64,000 bases of DNA from an uncultured Candidatus Saccharibacteria bacterium (GTDB lineage Bacteria; Patescibacteriota; Minisyncoccia; Phycocordibacterales; DATDWN01), in NCBI GenBank assembly GCA_964469605.1, contig CAYXZA010000001.1, positions 6,899 to 70,898 on the forward strand, written 5' to 3'. A program made the position numbers and the translations under genes. Each line of letters opens with the position of its first letter. Within the stretch, counting starts at the first letter, position 1. Of this stretch, positions 29,193 to 39,123 are shown one piece after another. The notes under the pieces are model-generated. The model made no database searches, was not told where the DNA came from, and worked only from the letters and a program-made list of their open reading frames with translations.

Positions 29193-30872
29193 TTACATCT
29201 CCTCTGGAGTTTTTATACCAAGAAGCCAAAGTCCTGACTGCATAGTTTCTTTGAAAACTTCTATTAAGAAGATTTTATATGGAGAATTTTTATCATCTTT
29301 GTCTACTATTTTTTCTTTTGCATAAAAACTATTAAACTCACCTGAAAGCTCTATCAGATATGTACTTATGTATTGTGGAGCATATTTTAGTCCCGCTCTT
29401 TCTATAACAGAATAAAATCTCTCTAAAAGTTTTTCTAGTTTTGTTACTTTCCAATCTTCTGGAATCAAATCACCTGAAACCAAAGACAGATCATTTGCTT
29501 TTTTTAATATAGAATTTGCTCTGACAGCTGAATATTGTAAATAAGGACCAGAATCCCCTTCAAAAGAAAGTGATTTATTGAAATCAAAAATAATATCAGA
29601 ACCGATTGATTGTTTTAATATAGAATATTTTATAGCACCAATAGCAACCATCTGAGCAATTTCTTTTTTCTTTTCATCTGAAAACTCTCTGTCTTTCATT
29701 TTTTCTAATGTTTTTTCTTTAACCTGATTTATCATTGACTCTGCTGTTATAACATTACCAGTTCTACTAGACATCTTTCCTTCTGGGAGTTTTAACATCC
29801 CATGAGATATATGTTTTAATTTACCTTTTCTTGATGGCATAACTTCACCTATGGCAACCTCTACCACATCAAAAAAACTATCTTGCTCATTTGCTGTTAC
29901 GGTAATAGATAAATCATAATCAAAATTTTCTTTTTTTATGAAAGCAAGACCAACTTCTTTTGCTTCATAAGTTGGCAATCCGTCGCTGTTTAAAAAAACT
30001 CTGGTATGAGTTTTAGGTATAAAATTTTCACCTTTAAATATCACTGCTCCACTATCACCTTTTTCAAAAACTTTACCAATATTTTCAGATACAACTTTTT
30101 TACCAATCTCCCCTGACTGACTTTCTAAAAAATGAAAATTAAAATGACTATCTAGTTTTTTATAAATTTCTTCAAAAAACTCAAAACTTTTTTTTATACC
30201 TTCTTTGTATATTAAATTTATATAACTATCAGATTCTTCATATATTTTCTTATTAATTTCATTTATTTCACTTTTTTCCACAAGGTTTTCATAAAATATA
30301 TTTCCTACTGCATAAGCTTTTTTAAAATCATCTGTTTTTTTATTGAAAATAGCCCACACAGCTTTTGCTATATGAATACCTTTATCACCGTGATAAGTAG
30401 CAACTTGCACATCCGCTCCAAGTGTCTTAATAAGTCTTGATATTGACTCACCAATTGCATTGTTCATTAAATGTCCAATGTGAAATTCTTTAAACGGATT
30501 TGGTTGAGTATGTTCTATAAAAATCTTCTTTCCTTTCAAATTGCTCGGTAAACCCTCACCTTTTTTAGTCCTCTTTAAACAATCCCTTATATATTCTTTT
30601 GTTAAAAAGAAATTCAAAAAACCATTTGGTGCAACTTCAACTTTTTCAATTTCTTTTATTTTTTGATTATTTAATTTTTCTACAAATTCAGCGGATAAAG
30701 TCTTTAAATCCTTACCCTCTTTTTTTGCCATCATCAAAGCTACGGTGCTAGAGTAGTCACCAAAAGAAAGGTTTTGATTTGGTTCAATAGAAAAATCAGT
30801 ATCTAAACCCAAAACCTCGGCTATCCATTTTTTTATTATACTTTCTGTCATTTTATTTTCCAGATGAACCAA
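29193..30872 (-). CDS. argS: Arginine--tRNA ligase
   Basis: 'QPNPFKEFHIGH', 'KMSSRTG', 'FEGDSGPYLQY', DALR-like C-terminus. Confidence 0.96.
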   Translation of the reverse strand: MVHLENKMTESIIKKWIAEVLGLDTDFSIEPNQNLSFGDYSSTVALMMAKKEGKDLKTLSAEFVEKLNNQKIKEIEKVEVAPNGFLNFFLTKEYIRDCLKRTKKGEGLPSNLKGKKIFIEHTQPNPFKEFHIGHLMNNAIGESISRLIKTLGADVQVATYHGDKGIHIAKAVWAIFNKKTDDFKKAYAVGNIFYENLVEKSEINEINKKIYEESDSYINLIYKEGIKKSFEFFEEIYKKLDSHFNFHFLESQSGEIGKKVVSENIGKVFEKGDSGAVIFKGENFIPKTHTRVFLNSDGLPTYEAKEVGLAFIKKENFDYDLSITVTANEQDSFFDVVEVAIGEVMPSRKGKLKHISHGMLKLPEGKMSSRTGNVITAESMINQVKEKTLEKMKDREFSDEKKKEIAQMVAIGAIKYSILKQSIGSDIIFDFNKSLSFEGDSGPYLQYSAVRANSILKKANDLSLVSGDLIPEDWKVTKLEKLLERFYSVIERAGLKYAPQYISTYLIELSGEFNSFYAKEKIVDKDDKNSPYKIFLIEVFKETMQSGLWLLGIKTPEEM

Positions 30873-31275
30873 ATCCAGTTTGTCCCCTTTTTGAATCTGA
30901 TAAACTATCTACCTCAATAATATTACAATAAATATAAGGTTGTACAATCATTTGCATTACCTTATGTCCTTTTTCAAAAACATAATCATCTAAACCTAAA
31001 TTAACAACACCTAAAACAAGCTCCCCTCTAAATCCGGAATCAATAACACCAGCCAAAACTTTTATACCATTATTCATTGAAAGTCCACTCTTATCCCAAC
31101 AAAGACCAACAAAACCATCTTGTAATTCTATAGATATCCCTGTTCTTATTTTCGTTATTTTTCCCCTTACAGCAACAGTTTTTTCTAAAGCAAAAATATC
31201 CATACCTGCATCACCATCTTTTGCATAAGCTGGCAATTTAGCATCCTTTTCTATTTTTTTAACCTTTAAAATCAT
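30853..31275 (-). CDS. dut: dUTP diphosphatase (trimeric)
   Basis: 'AGMD', 'KSG', 'GVIDSGFRGE', 'RGQTGFGSSG'. Confidence 0.97.
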   Translation of the reverse strand: MILKVKKIEKDAKLPAYAKDGDAGMDIFALEKTVAVRGKITKIRTGISIELQDGFVGLCWDKSGLSMNNGIKVLAGVIDSGFRGELVLGVVNLGLDDYVFEKGHKVMQMIVQPYIYCNIIEVDSLSDSKRGQTGFGSSGK

Positions 31276-31354
31276 ATTCTAATAATAACAAATATGTTCT
31301 AAATAAAAAATAAAGTCAATATTGTACAATAAAAATATATGATAAAATCCATCT

Positions 31355-32251
31355 ATGGAAAAGATAAAACTTAAAAGAATATTGGATATGGAAGAGCTAA
31401 AAAGTTCTCTAAAAAAATTAGAGTTTAGAGGTTTGTATGGTAAAGATGGTCAAAAAATAAGACCTTATGATAAAGCAAAGTTTAGTATTGCAACAGTATT
31501 ACCGGCACCATCCATAGGAGACTCACCAACTATAAAAATAGGAAATAAAAAGGAATTTCTTTTTTCACCTCAGCCAACATTATATCAAAATCAAACTGAC
31601 ATAATAAAAACTGTTGACAATTTCCTTAAACCACACAAAATAAGAATTAATGAATTAAAATACGGAATAGAGTATGACTGGAAAGATAGAGGCACCTTCC
31701 ATATGATACCTCCCATAATAGAAAAACATTCATATCATCTTTCCAATGGTTTTATAGATTTAAATAAATTAATAACTTTATTTAAAAAATTTTATACAAA
31801 AGATTCAGAGGGAAATTTACACCATATATTAAATAGATTTTTAGAAAATTATTTCATAGATGAAATAAGTTCAATAAATAACTTAGACATATTCCATTCA
31901 AATGCCCCTCTTATAAACTATGGAATACAATACAATGGTAAATATGATTTTTATATAATATGTGATGGTTCACACAGAATAGATTATTCAATAGAACACT
32001 TAAACAAACCGATCAATGTAATACTAGTTGAACCAGAAGAAAACCAAAAACTAATACCTTATTATGCATTTCCAATGCCATTTAGACCAACAATACGACT
32101 GTCGAGTAAGCAAGCAGAAATAATATATACAAGATTAGAAAGAGACAAAGTTCATTTATTTAATGATTTTTTAAAAAAAATACTACATTACGATTGGACA
32201 AACACTGGATTAAATGTAAGTAGACTAAGGACTAATATAAAAATAAACTAA
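31355..32251 (+). CDS. Hypothetical protein with a ParB/Srx-like DGxHR motif
   Basis: 'IPPIIE...YIICDGSHR...INVILV'; first gene of a coupled operon. Confidence 0.55.
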   Translation: MEKIKLKRILDMEELKSSLKKLEFRGLYGKDGQKIRPYDKAKFSIATVLPAPSIGDSPTIKIGNKKEFLFSPQPTLYQNQTDIIKTVDNFLKPHKIRINELKYGIEYDWKDRGTFHMIPPIIEKHSYHLSNGFIDLNKLITLFKKFYTKDSEGNLHHILNRFLENYFIDEISSINNLDIFHSNAPLINYGIQYNGKYDFYIICDGSHRIDYSIEHLNKPINVILVEPEENQKLIPYYAFPMPFRPTIRLSSKQAEIIYTRLERDKVHLFNDFLKKILHYDWTNTGLNVSRLRTNIKIN

Positions 32252-33123
32252 TGAACAAAGAAATGTTTAATGAATTAAAGAGCAACCTTAAACTATCTAT
32301 TACAAAAAAAGATGGTTCTTTTAGATCGGTTTCTGTTGCAGTTTCACTTTCTGGAGAAAAATATTTCGGAGGATTAGTTGAATCAGATACAAATACATTT
32401 AATTTACCATCTGAACATATTGCTTTAATGTTATCCACAATATCAAATGATTATAGAGTCAATGAGATTGTTACACTAACCGAAGAAACAGATCACTATA
32501 CATTACCAATCATACTTAAAATAATAATTGATCATTCGATAAGAACTGGACAGTTGATTAAATACACCTTAATTGACACAAAAGGAGATATAATTTTTAA
32601 ACAAGAAAATGTGAGTCTTGATTTTTATAAACCAAAAAATATATTATTATCAAAAATAAATCAAAACCATTCTCCTTATCATAAAAAATTAAACTTAGAT
32701 CAAAATAAAAATTTAGTAGATGAGATTAAAAAATATGCAATTGAAGGTTTAGTTAAAAACTTCCCTCTTTATGATTCAGCTTCTGGTTATGCAACATCGG
32801 TTGTAACTGAAAAAAATGAAATATTTTTTGCCGGACAATATTCCAGTCCAGACAAAAGACTTGGGTTGCATTCAGAAGTAAATTCTATACTTTCATCACT
32901 AATGTATAATAAAGACAAAATAACACACATAGGATTAGTATCAAATAAGTATAAAAATGAACCGTGTCAAATGTGTGGAAATTGTAGACAATTTATTTCA
33001 GAAATTTGCAGTAAATTTAACTTTGATCCTAAGATATACTTATTTGCAAAAGATAAAGATATTTACATTAAACAAAATATTAATAATTATTTACCATCAA
33101 AATGGACAAGCAAAAATTGGTAG
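32251..33123 (+). CDS. Tandem-domain cytidine deaminase-like protein
   Basis: C-terminal domain 'HSE...CQMCGNCRQ'; N-terminal domain has 'PSE' and no CxxC. Confidence 0.8.
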   Translation: MNKEMFNELKSNLKLSITKKDGSFRSVSVAVSLSGEKYFGGLVESDTNTFNLPSEHIALMLSTISNDYRVNEIVTLTEETDHYTLPIILKIIIDHSIRTGQLIKYTLIDTKGDIIFKQENVSLDFYKPKNILLSKINQNHSPYHKKLNLDQNKNLVDEIKKYAIEGLVKNFPLYDSASGYATSVVTEKNEIFFAGQYSSPDKRLGLHSEVNSILSSLMYNKDKITHIGLVSNKYKNEPCQMCGNCRQFISEICSKFNFDPKIYLFAKDKDIYIKQNINNYLPSKWTSKNW

Positions 33124-35516
33124 AAAAAAATACATTTCCATTAATAGATGCAATATTACAAATGCCCCAAGAAGGTACAAATGGAAATATTGCCATCTGC
33201 ACAAACACATCATCTCCCGGACAAGTATTAAACGAGATACCAGAAGATTTAAGGAAATATATATGTATTTTAGGTACTCTTATTGTAAGTCGTGACGGTG
33301 GAGAAAGAATGATTATCAATTCTTTATCCCACAAAACATTAAAATATTTAATTCTATTTTCAGAAGAATCAAACACTTTTTGCCCAAGCACTAATCTATT
33401 ACAAGCACTAATGAATGGCTTTGATCTAACACAAACAGGTAATTATATAAACGATGGTGTAGGAGCTTCATATCACTATCCAAATATTAATGCAAAAATT
33501 TTTGAAGAATTCAAAGAAGAAATCATTGTTTTGCCTATGTTTGCATATAAAAACGAAAAAAGTAAAAATATTATAGAAAACTACCTGAAATGGCTTGAAA
33601 ATAAAATACCGAAAAATCTACTAGATGAATTAATAGAAATTAATAAAAAAGATAAAATCTATTACGATTCATTGAAAATGATCATTAAAACCATATCTAA
33701 TTTAAAAGAAAATATAAAAAAACCCAAAGAACTTGATCCAAAAGATTTTCAACATCTTCAGCCACCTAAAATTTATTTAGACGTATTGCCTATAAAATTT
33801 AATACTTCATTTAAAGTAAGCAGAAAAAATAAAAGTATAAGAGTTGATTTAAAGATAATCTCAGACACCTATTTTATAATTGGAGATGACCCATTTCTAA
33901 TATGCTACTCAATCATGAAAGAGTTAGGAGATAAAAAAAAATACATTTCTCCTACAGATCAAATATTACTAGGGGCAGAGATCGGGAGAGTTAATACTGA
34001 AATACTAAATGAAGTACAATTTCCATCTTTTATTTTAGATAATGAAATTATAGGTGATAAAGAAATAAAAACAGAATCCAATATACAATTAAAAATGGAT
34101 CAAAGATATTACTATAAAATCAATTCCAGAGATAAAAAAATTTCTGTTATGTGTTTATCTTTTGATGTATGTGAATCAGTTTTTGAATTATTATCCAATA
34201 ATCTACCAGAAATGATAGACAGAATATCAAGAGAAAACAGGTTTGAAAATTATGAAATGGATATATTACACAGGATGGATATTGGAGTTCAGCTTGGAAA
34301 AGCTGCTATTGCATCAAAGCTTGGGTACTCATTTATACAAGATTTTAGTTTAATTTTTAAAATTAACAAAGAAAACCTACCAACAACTATTATAGACGGA
34401 GATAGTTTTTTAGATGTCCACAAAGGAGTTTTAAGATCAATATACACACTTGGAATAACCGAAGAGCATGGTGATTCATGGAAAGGATTGGCTCGAACAT
34501 CATCTATATTGGCAATATATAGAAAATCAAATATCTCATTGGAAAAAATACCTGCAATATACAGACAAGGTGATCAAAGCGGAGAAGAAGTTAGAGAAAA
34601 ATACAAACAGCAACTTTTAAGAAAAGATCATGATGGTTCATATTCATACGGCGAAAGAACTAGAACTTATTTTGGTTTTGATCAATTAGAAAAAACTATA
34701 GAAATCCTGAAAAATAACTCAAAATTAGCAACAATCATTCAGAGATTTGATCCTGCAACTGATATGGGAACATATATTGACATAAGCACTGGAAAACAAA
34801 AATTTACTCACGATCCATGTCTAACACATGATATTTTCTTTATACAAAACGACAAACTAAACTCTTTTCACATTGCAAGAGCACATAATGCCGTAAATGC
34901 TTATCCTGAAAATATTTTTGGTCTTTTTGATGCATACATATCAACAATACAAAAAGAATTGAATATACCTTTTGGAGATATGTATATGCTTTCCAATAGA
35001 GCAAATATTTTACTTTTAACAGAGGAACAAAGGACCAAAAAGATATTATCAGAACCATCAAAACCAGTCGGTGACATTGATACAAAATCTGGACCTTATA
35101 AACTAAATACAGATAATAATTTAAATACATCAGGAGGAGTTGCATATTATTTTGACGATATTGTTGAAATAAAAGAAAAACCTAAAAGTAAGATTCTTGA
35201 AAAATTAGAAGATTACGAAGGTGTAAATACAATCGAAAAATCTATTAACTACTTAAAAGAAAAAGGGGTTATACATAACAACCCAGTTATGTCAGAATAT
35301 TATACTGGAAAATCAGACCCCCAAGGTGATAATTTGGTATTTCTACAAATAAATGTTTATGGAGGAAAGGTTTATGCAACAGCAGTGTTTGCAAATAGAT
35401 CAATAGATAATTTATCTGATGATAAAAAACTAATTTCCTATATTGCAACATTGTTTTCAACCAGATTAAATGCTTTATTAGGGAAATTAAGTATATACTA
35501 TGTTGCATATAAATAA
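33102..35516 (+). CDS. Multidomain thymidylate-synthase-like protein (MtrA-like, DUF4346-like, TS, degenerate TS)
   Basis: 'IAICT...GGERMIINSL..LKYLIL' MtrA-like; 'GVQLGKAAIA..LGYSFIQD' DUF4346-like; 'YSYGER...DQL...DPCL...ARAHN...YPEN' TS core. Confidence 0.72.
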   Translation: MDKQKLVEKNTFPLIDAILQMPQEGTNGNIAICTNTSSPGQVLNEIPEDLRKYICILGTLIVSRDGGERMIINSLSHKTLKYLILFSEESNTFCPSTNLLQALMNGFDLTQTGNYINDGVGASYHYPNINAKIFEEFKEEIIVLPMFAYKNEKSKNIIENYLKWLENKIPKNLLDELIEINKKDKIYYDSLKMIIKTISNLKENIKKPKELDPKDFQHLQPPKIYLDVLPIKFNTSFKVSRKNKSIRVDLKIISDTYFIIGDDPFLICYSIMKELGDKKKYISPTDQILLGAEIGRVNTEILNEVQFPSFILDNEIIGDKEIKTESNIQLKMDQRYYYKINSRDKKISVMCLSFDVCESVFELLSNNLPEMIDRISRENRFENYEMDILHRMDIGVQLGKAAIASKLGYSFIQDFSLIFKINKENLPTTIIDGDSFLDVHKGVLRSIYTLGITEEHGDSWKGLARTSSILAIYRKSNISLEKIPAIYRQGDQSGEEVREKYKQQLLRKDHDGSYSYGERTRTYFGFDQLEKTIEILKNNSKLATIIQRFDPATDMGTYIDISTGKQKFTHDPCLTHDIFFIQNDKLNSFHIARAHNAVNAYPENIFGLFDAYISTIQKELNIPFGDMYMLSNRANILLLTEEQRTKKILSEPSKPVGDIDTKSGPYKLNTDNNLNTSGGVAYYFDDIVEIKEKPKSKILEKLEDYEGVNTIEKSINYLKEKGVIHNNPVMSEYYTGKSDPQGDNLVFLQINVYGGKVYATAVFANRSIDNLSDDKKLISYIATLFSTRLNALLGKLSIYYVAYK

Positions 35517-36177
35517 TACAAACTTTTCAAAAATAAAAATAATCGGGTTTGATCTTGATCAAACTTTATATCCCAAATCCCCTCTTATAGATGAAGCTAT
35601 ACAAGGATATTTATTTGAGGAAATATCTTTACTTAAAAAAATAAGCAAAGATGAAGCAAAAAAAATATTTGATAGTTATTATAAAAATGGCAAAGGCTTA
35701 AGTGGTAGTAAAACTCTTATTCAGATTGGCTTTGGGGAAAATAGAGCAAAAAATTTAGTTCAAGAGGCACTAGAAAATGCTGATATTTCAGAATTTTTAA
35801 AACCAAACAAAGACATACTGAGCATATTAAAGTATTTAAAAAATAAATACTCATCACTTGATATAATAACCGGTTCAAATAAAAAAAATACATTAATCAA
35901 ACTTGATAAATTAAAAATTAACACCTCATTATTTAAAAATATTTTAACTTCTGATAATGCCTCAAAATCCGATTTAGATGCTTATAAAATATGGATGAGT
36001 TACTATCCAAATTTATTGCCTGAAAATTTTCTTTATATTGGGGACAGACCATCTACTGACTATGAAAAACCAAAAGATTTGGGTATAAAATCAATATTGG
36101 TAAACATTAAAGAATTTGATCCAAGCATAAACTGTCTACAACTTAAATCTCTAATTGAGATAAAGGAATATTTATAA
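35500..36177 (+). CDS. HAD-superfamily hydrolase (putative nucleotidase)
   Basis: 'FDLDQTLY' motif I; 'YIGDRPSTD' motif IV. Confidence 0.9.
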   Translation: MLHINNTNFSKIKIIGFDLDQTLYPKSPLIDEAIQGYLFEEISLLKKISKDEAKKIFDSYYKNGKGLSGSKTLIQIGFGENRAKNLVQEALENADISEFLKPNKDILSILKYLKNKYSSLDIITGSNKKNTLIKLDKLKINTSLFKNILTSDNASKSDLDAYKIWMSYYPNLLPENFLYIGDRPSTDYEKPKDLGIKSILVNIKEFDPSINCLQLKSLIEIKEYL

Positions 36178-36188
36178 AAAATTCCAGG

Positions 36189-36743
36189 TCAACCCTGGAT
36201 TTTTTTCCAAACAAAATAACTTGTCTTTTTAGAATCATTTTCTATATACCCATCTGGTTTATAACCATTATCATTTAATACTAAAATAAACCTAAAAAAA
36301 ACATAAACTGTTTTTAGTCCTGGATAAGACTTGGAGTTCTCTTCTTTTGTGGTTACCCCATTGTTTTCAAGAGTATAATTCAATGACTCAATGGATAATT
36401 CTTCTCTAATACACCTTATGACACCCTGATTTGGCTCTTCATTTAAATAGAGTTTTTCACCTAAACTTGTTTCAAGATTTCTTTTTCTTATTCTACCATC
36501 ACTAAATTCCTGCTTTTCTTCAACAAGAATATATTTATTTCCTTTATGATCATTATAGAAAACATCTATTGCAACAACTTTTAAATTCCTGACACACAAT
36601 CCACCTTCATTAATAATCAGTTCAGCTTCTTTCTTTTGAATTTCTTTTAATAAATCATCAATTGATTTCGCACTACCAAAACCCCAATTTGAAGTATCTA
36701 TTCTACTTTTTGAAAGAATTCCTAAAAGTTCTTGTTCTGTCAC
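36189..36743 (-). CDS. Nudix-like hypothetical protein
   Basis: 'LGEKLYLNEEPNQGVIRCIREEL' degenerate Nudix box. Confidence 0.6.
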   Translation of the reverse strand: MTEQELLGILSKSRIDTSNWGFGSAKSIDDLLKEIQKKEAELIINEGGLCVRNLKVVAIDVFYNDHKGNKYILVEEKQEFSDGRIRKRNLETSLGEKLYLNEEPNQGVIRCIREELSIESLNYTLENNGVTTKEENSKSYPGLKTVYVFFRFILVLNDNGYKPDGYIENDSKKTSYFVWKKIQG

Positions 36744-36789
36744 TTAAACCTCTCACCTCAGACTATCAGAAAAAAATTAAAAAGTAAAA

Positions 36790-37239
36790 CTAGACTTTAC
36801 AAATATCACTTTCACACAAATCAACCTGAACTGATTGTTTAAAATGTTTCAACTCCTTTTCTTTAATAAAATTTAAAATATCTTCTTTTGATTCATATTC
36901 ATTTAAAGTAAACATTGGGTGATTTATTCCCAAGATAAATGTTGAAACTTTAGTACCTTTTTTATAGAAAGCAATGACTGGTTTACTAAACTTTTCTAAA
37001 GCTAAAGAAATCTCATATCCTAAACTTATAGAAGGATAATCACATATTGCAACAATAAAATCTGACAATAAAACACAGTTTATACTATGTTCATAAACTT
37101 CAACGGATTTTATTTGTTCTAATTCAGTAAAATCTAAAACTTCATATTGTTTTTTTAGATCAAATTTAACCTCTTTTATAAAATTTATAAAATCGATTGG
37201 AGTATTAGTTAAAGAAAGTGATATATAAATCTTTCTCAT
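36790..37239 (-). CDS. Nucleoside 2-deoxyribosyltransferase-like protein
   Basis: 'KIYIS...SDFIVAICDYPSISLGYEI...KPVI'. Confidence 0.65.
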   Translation of the reverse strand: MRKIYISLSLTNTPIDFINFIKEVKFDLKKQYEVLDFTELEQIKSVEVYEHSINCVLLSDFIVAICDYPSISLGYEISLALEKFSKPVIAFYKKGTKVSTFILGINHPMFTLNEYESKEDILNFIKEKELKHFKQSVQVDLCESDICKV

Positions 37240-37265
37240 AATAATTATTTAAAAAAATTAAGTAA

Positions 37266-37294
37266 TGCAAAAGGCGCCTTGCGACACCTTTTAC
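37266..37294 (-). terminator. Terminator downstream of rplK
   Basis: Minus strand tgtaaaaggtgtc-gcaa-ggcgccttttgca. Confidence 0.7.
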
Positions 37295-37334
37295 ATTTTT
37301 AATTATATCTAAAGACTGGAAATCTGAAAATTAG

Positions 37335-37380
37335 TTATCCACAATTACACCTTTATGAGATACATTTCCAGTTATTCACA
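37335..37380 (+). promoter_or_regulatory. Pair of DnaA boxes
   Basis: TTATCCACA (37335-37343) and TTATTCACA (37372-37380). Confidence 0.45.
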
Positions 37381-37399
37381 TCTATATAATTATCACATA

Positions 37400-37825
37400 T
37401 TACCCTTTAACTTCAACACCCATACTTCTAGCAGATCCTTCTATTATTTTCATTGCAGCTTCAATATCATTAGCATTTAGATCGGGCATTTTCTTTTCAG
37501 CCACTTCTCTTATTTGTGCCTTTGTTATAGAACCAACTTTTGAAACAGCATTTTTACCACTACCCTTTTCTTTACCAATCGCTTTTAGTATAAGAGATGA
37601 AGCAGGTGGTGTTTTAAGAACGAAACTAAATGTTCTATCTTCGTAAACTGTTATTTCAACAGGAACTATATCGCCCATCATCTTTGCAGTAGCATCATTG
37701 AACTGCTTTACAAACTCACCAATATTAACCCCAGCTTGACCCAAAGCAGGACCAGTTGGAGGAGCAGGTGTAGCTTTACCAGCAGATATAACAAGCTTTA
37801 ATCTTTTTGTAATTTTTTTTGCCAT
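37400..37825 (-). CDS. rplK: 50S ribosomal protein L11
   Basis: '[16 protein letters not shown]', 'KTPPAS', 'GSARSMG'. Confidence 0.99.
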   Translation of the reverse strand: MAKKITKRLKLVISAGKATPAPPTGPALGQAGVNIGEFVKQFNDATAKMMGDIVPVEITVYEDRTFSFVLKTPPASSLILKAIGKEKGSGKNAVSKVGSITKAQIREVAEKKMPDLNANDIEAAMKIIEGSARSMGVEVKG

Positions 37826-37908
37826 AATTTATGTTTTTATCTTTAACTTTCTCGAGAAGCACGAGAAGACTTAATATACATTAAAATACTTATAATTTCA
37901 AATTTATT

Positions 37909-38454
37909 TTAAATTCTTTTTACCTGCAAAAAATCAAGTTCAACAGGGGTTTCTCTTCCAAACATAGATACCAATATTTTGACTTTACCTCTCTGACTAT
38001 CAACATTTGAAACTTTCCCTTCAAGATCTTTAAATGGACCATCTATAATAACCACAGGATCATTTATACTTAGATCAATAGCATGACTTGCTGTTTGAGA
38101 GTTCATTCTAGAAAATAGAGAATCTAATTCTTTCTTTTCAACAGGAACGGGATAAACACCTGACCCAACGAAACCTGTAACACGAGGAGTATTTCTAACA
38201 ACATACCAAGAATCATCAGTTACAATCATATCAACCAAAACATAACCCGGATATATTTTTTCAAGCTCCTCAATTCTTTTTCCACCTTTGATTTTTATCT
38301 TCTTTTCAACAGGAACAACAACATCAAATATTTTATCACCCATAGCTAAGGACTCTATTCTTTGTTTAAGATTTCTCATAACTGCATTTTCATAACCAGC
38401 ATAAGTGTGTATAACATACCAATTTCTACCCTCTTGTATTTGTTGTTTTGACAT
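37909..38454 (-). CDS. nusG: Transcription factor NusG
   Basis: 'WYVIHTYAGYE', 'PGYVLV', KOW 'DGPF', 'FGRETPVEL'. Confidence 0.98.
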   Translation of the reverse strand: MSKQQIQEGRNWYVIHTYAGYENAVMRNLKQRIESLAMGDKIFDVVVPVEKKIKIKGGKRIEELEKIYPGYVLVDMIVTDDSWYVVRNTPRVTGFVGSGVYPVPVEKKELDSLFSRMNSQTASHAIDLSINDPVVIIDGPFKDLEGKVSNVDSQRGKVKILVSMFGRETPVELDFLQVKRI

Positions 38455-38464
38455 ATTTAATCTA

Positions 38465-38647
38465 TTAATTTAGTAAAAATTTTTCTAATAAAAGATTGAA
38501 ACCAAAATCAAAAACACCTAAAAATATTGAAACAAATATTGAAACAAAGACAGTAATAAGTGTAAAAATTATAGCTTGTCTTTTTGTTGGCCAACTACAA
38601 TGTCCAAGTTCTATGTATGTATCTTTTATGTATTGTATTAAATTCAT
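38465..38647 (-). CDS. secE: Preprotein translocase SecE
   Basis: 'EL..CSWPT' plus one TM; secE-nusG-rplK order. Confidence 0.92.
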   Translation of the reverse strand: MNLIQYIKDTYIELGHCSWPTKRQAIIFTLITVFVSIFVSIFLGVFDFGFNLLLEKFLLN

Positions 38648-38830
38648 ATTATTTATATTATCAAATTTTGGTTTTATAAAAAGGCCTTTCGGCCCGACAT
38701 TTATATATTATATACTATTTAATTTTTTCTGTCAAATCTTAGCTTTTCCAATGTTTTTGATTTTTTCTTCAACAAATACCATAGGTACCATAACAATATA
38801 AATAATGATATTAGAACCAAAGGGTTCATC

Positions 38831-39025
38831 CTACCACAACCTTCCCAACTCATACATTATTTGTTTTTTACAACAATATAGCAAAACAAAAGGGATTATA
38901 ATCCATTTAAAAATCACTAGAAAAAATGGCTTTATTACATCTTTTATCATATCAGCAATTTCATAAACACCTAAACAAAAACTTAAAAACATTACATAAA
39001 TAAACTCTTTTATTGTTTGTCTCAT
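38831..39025 (-). CDS. Small hydrophobic hypothetical protein
   Basis: 64-aa ORF with hydrophobic segments. Confidence 0.35.
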   Translation of the reverse strand: MRQTIKEFIYVMFLSFCLGVYEIADMIKDVIKPFFLVIFKWIIIPFVLLYCCKKQIMYELGRLW

Positions 39026-39051
39026 CTAATAGAGAGTTTCTCACAAATAAA

Positions 39052-39123
39052 GCAATAAAGCAACTGGTTTATTCGAGAAATGTCCAGTAGCTTTGCTGTG
39101 AAGATTGGACGAGGTATCTGCTT
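39052..39123. repeat. REP-like element family B, truncated copy
   Basis: Shares 'ttattcgagaaat', 'agctttgctgtg', 'gattgg' and 'cgagg..ctgctttt' with 49603-49765. Confidence 0.6.

Noticed and set aside
37240-37400. oriC
   Set aside because: Only two DnaA boxes, and no dnaA/dnaN nearby
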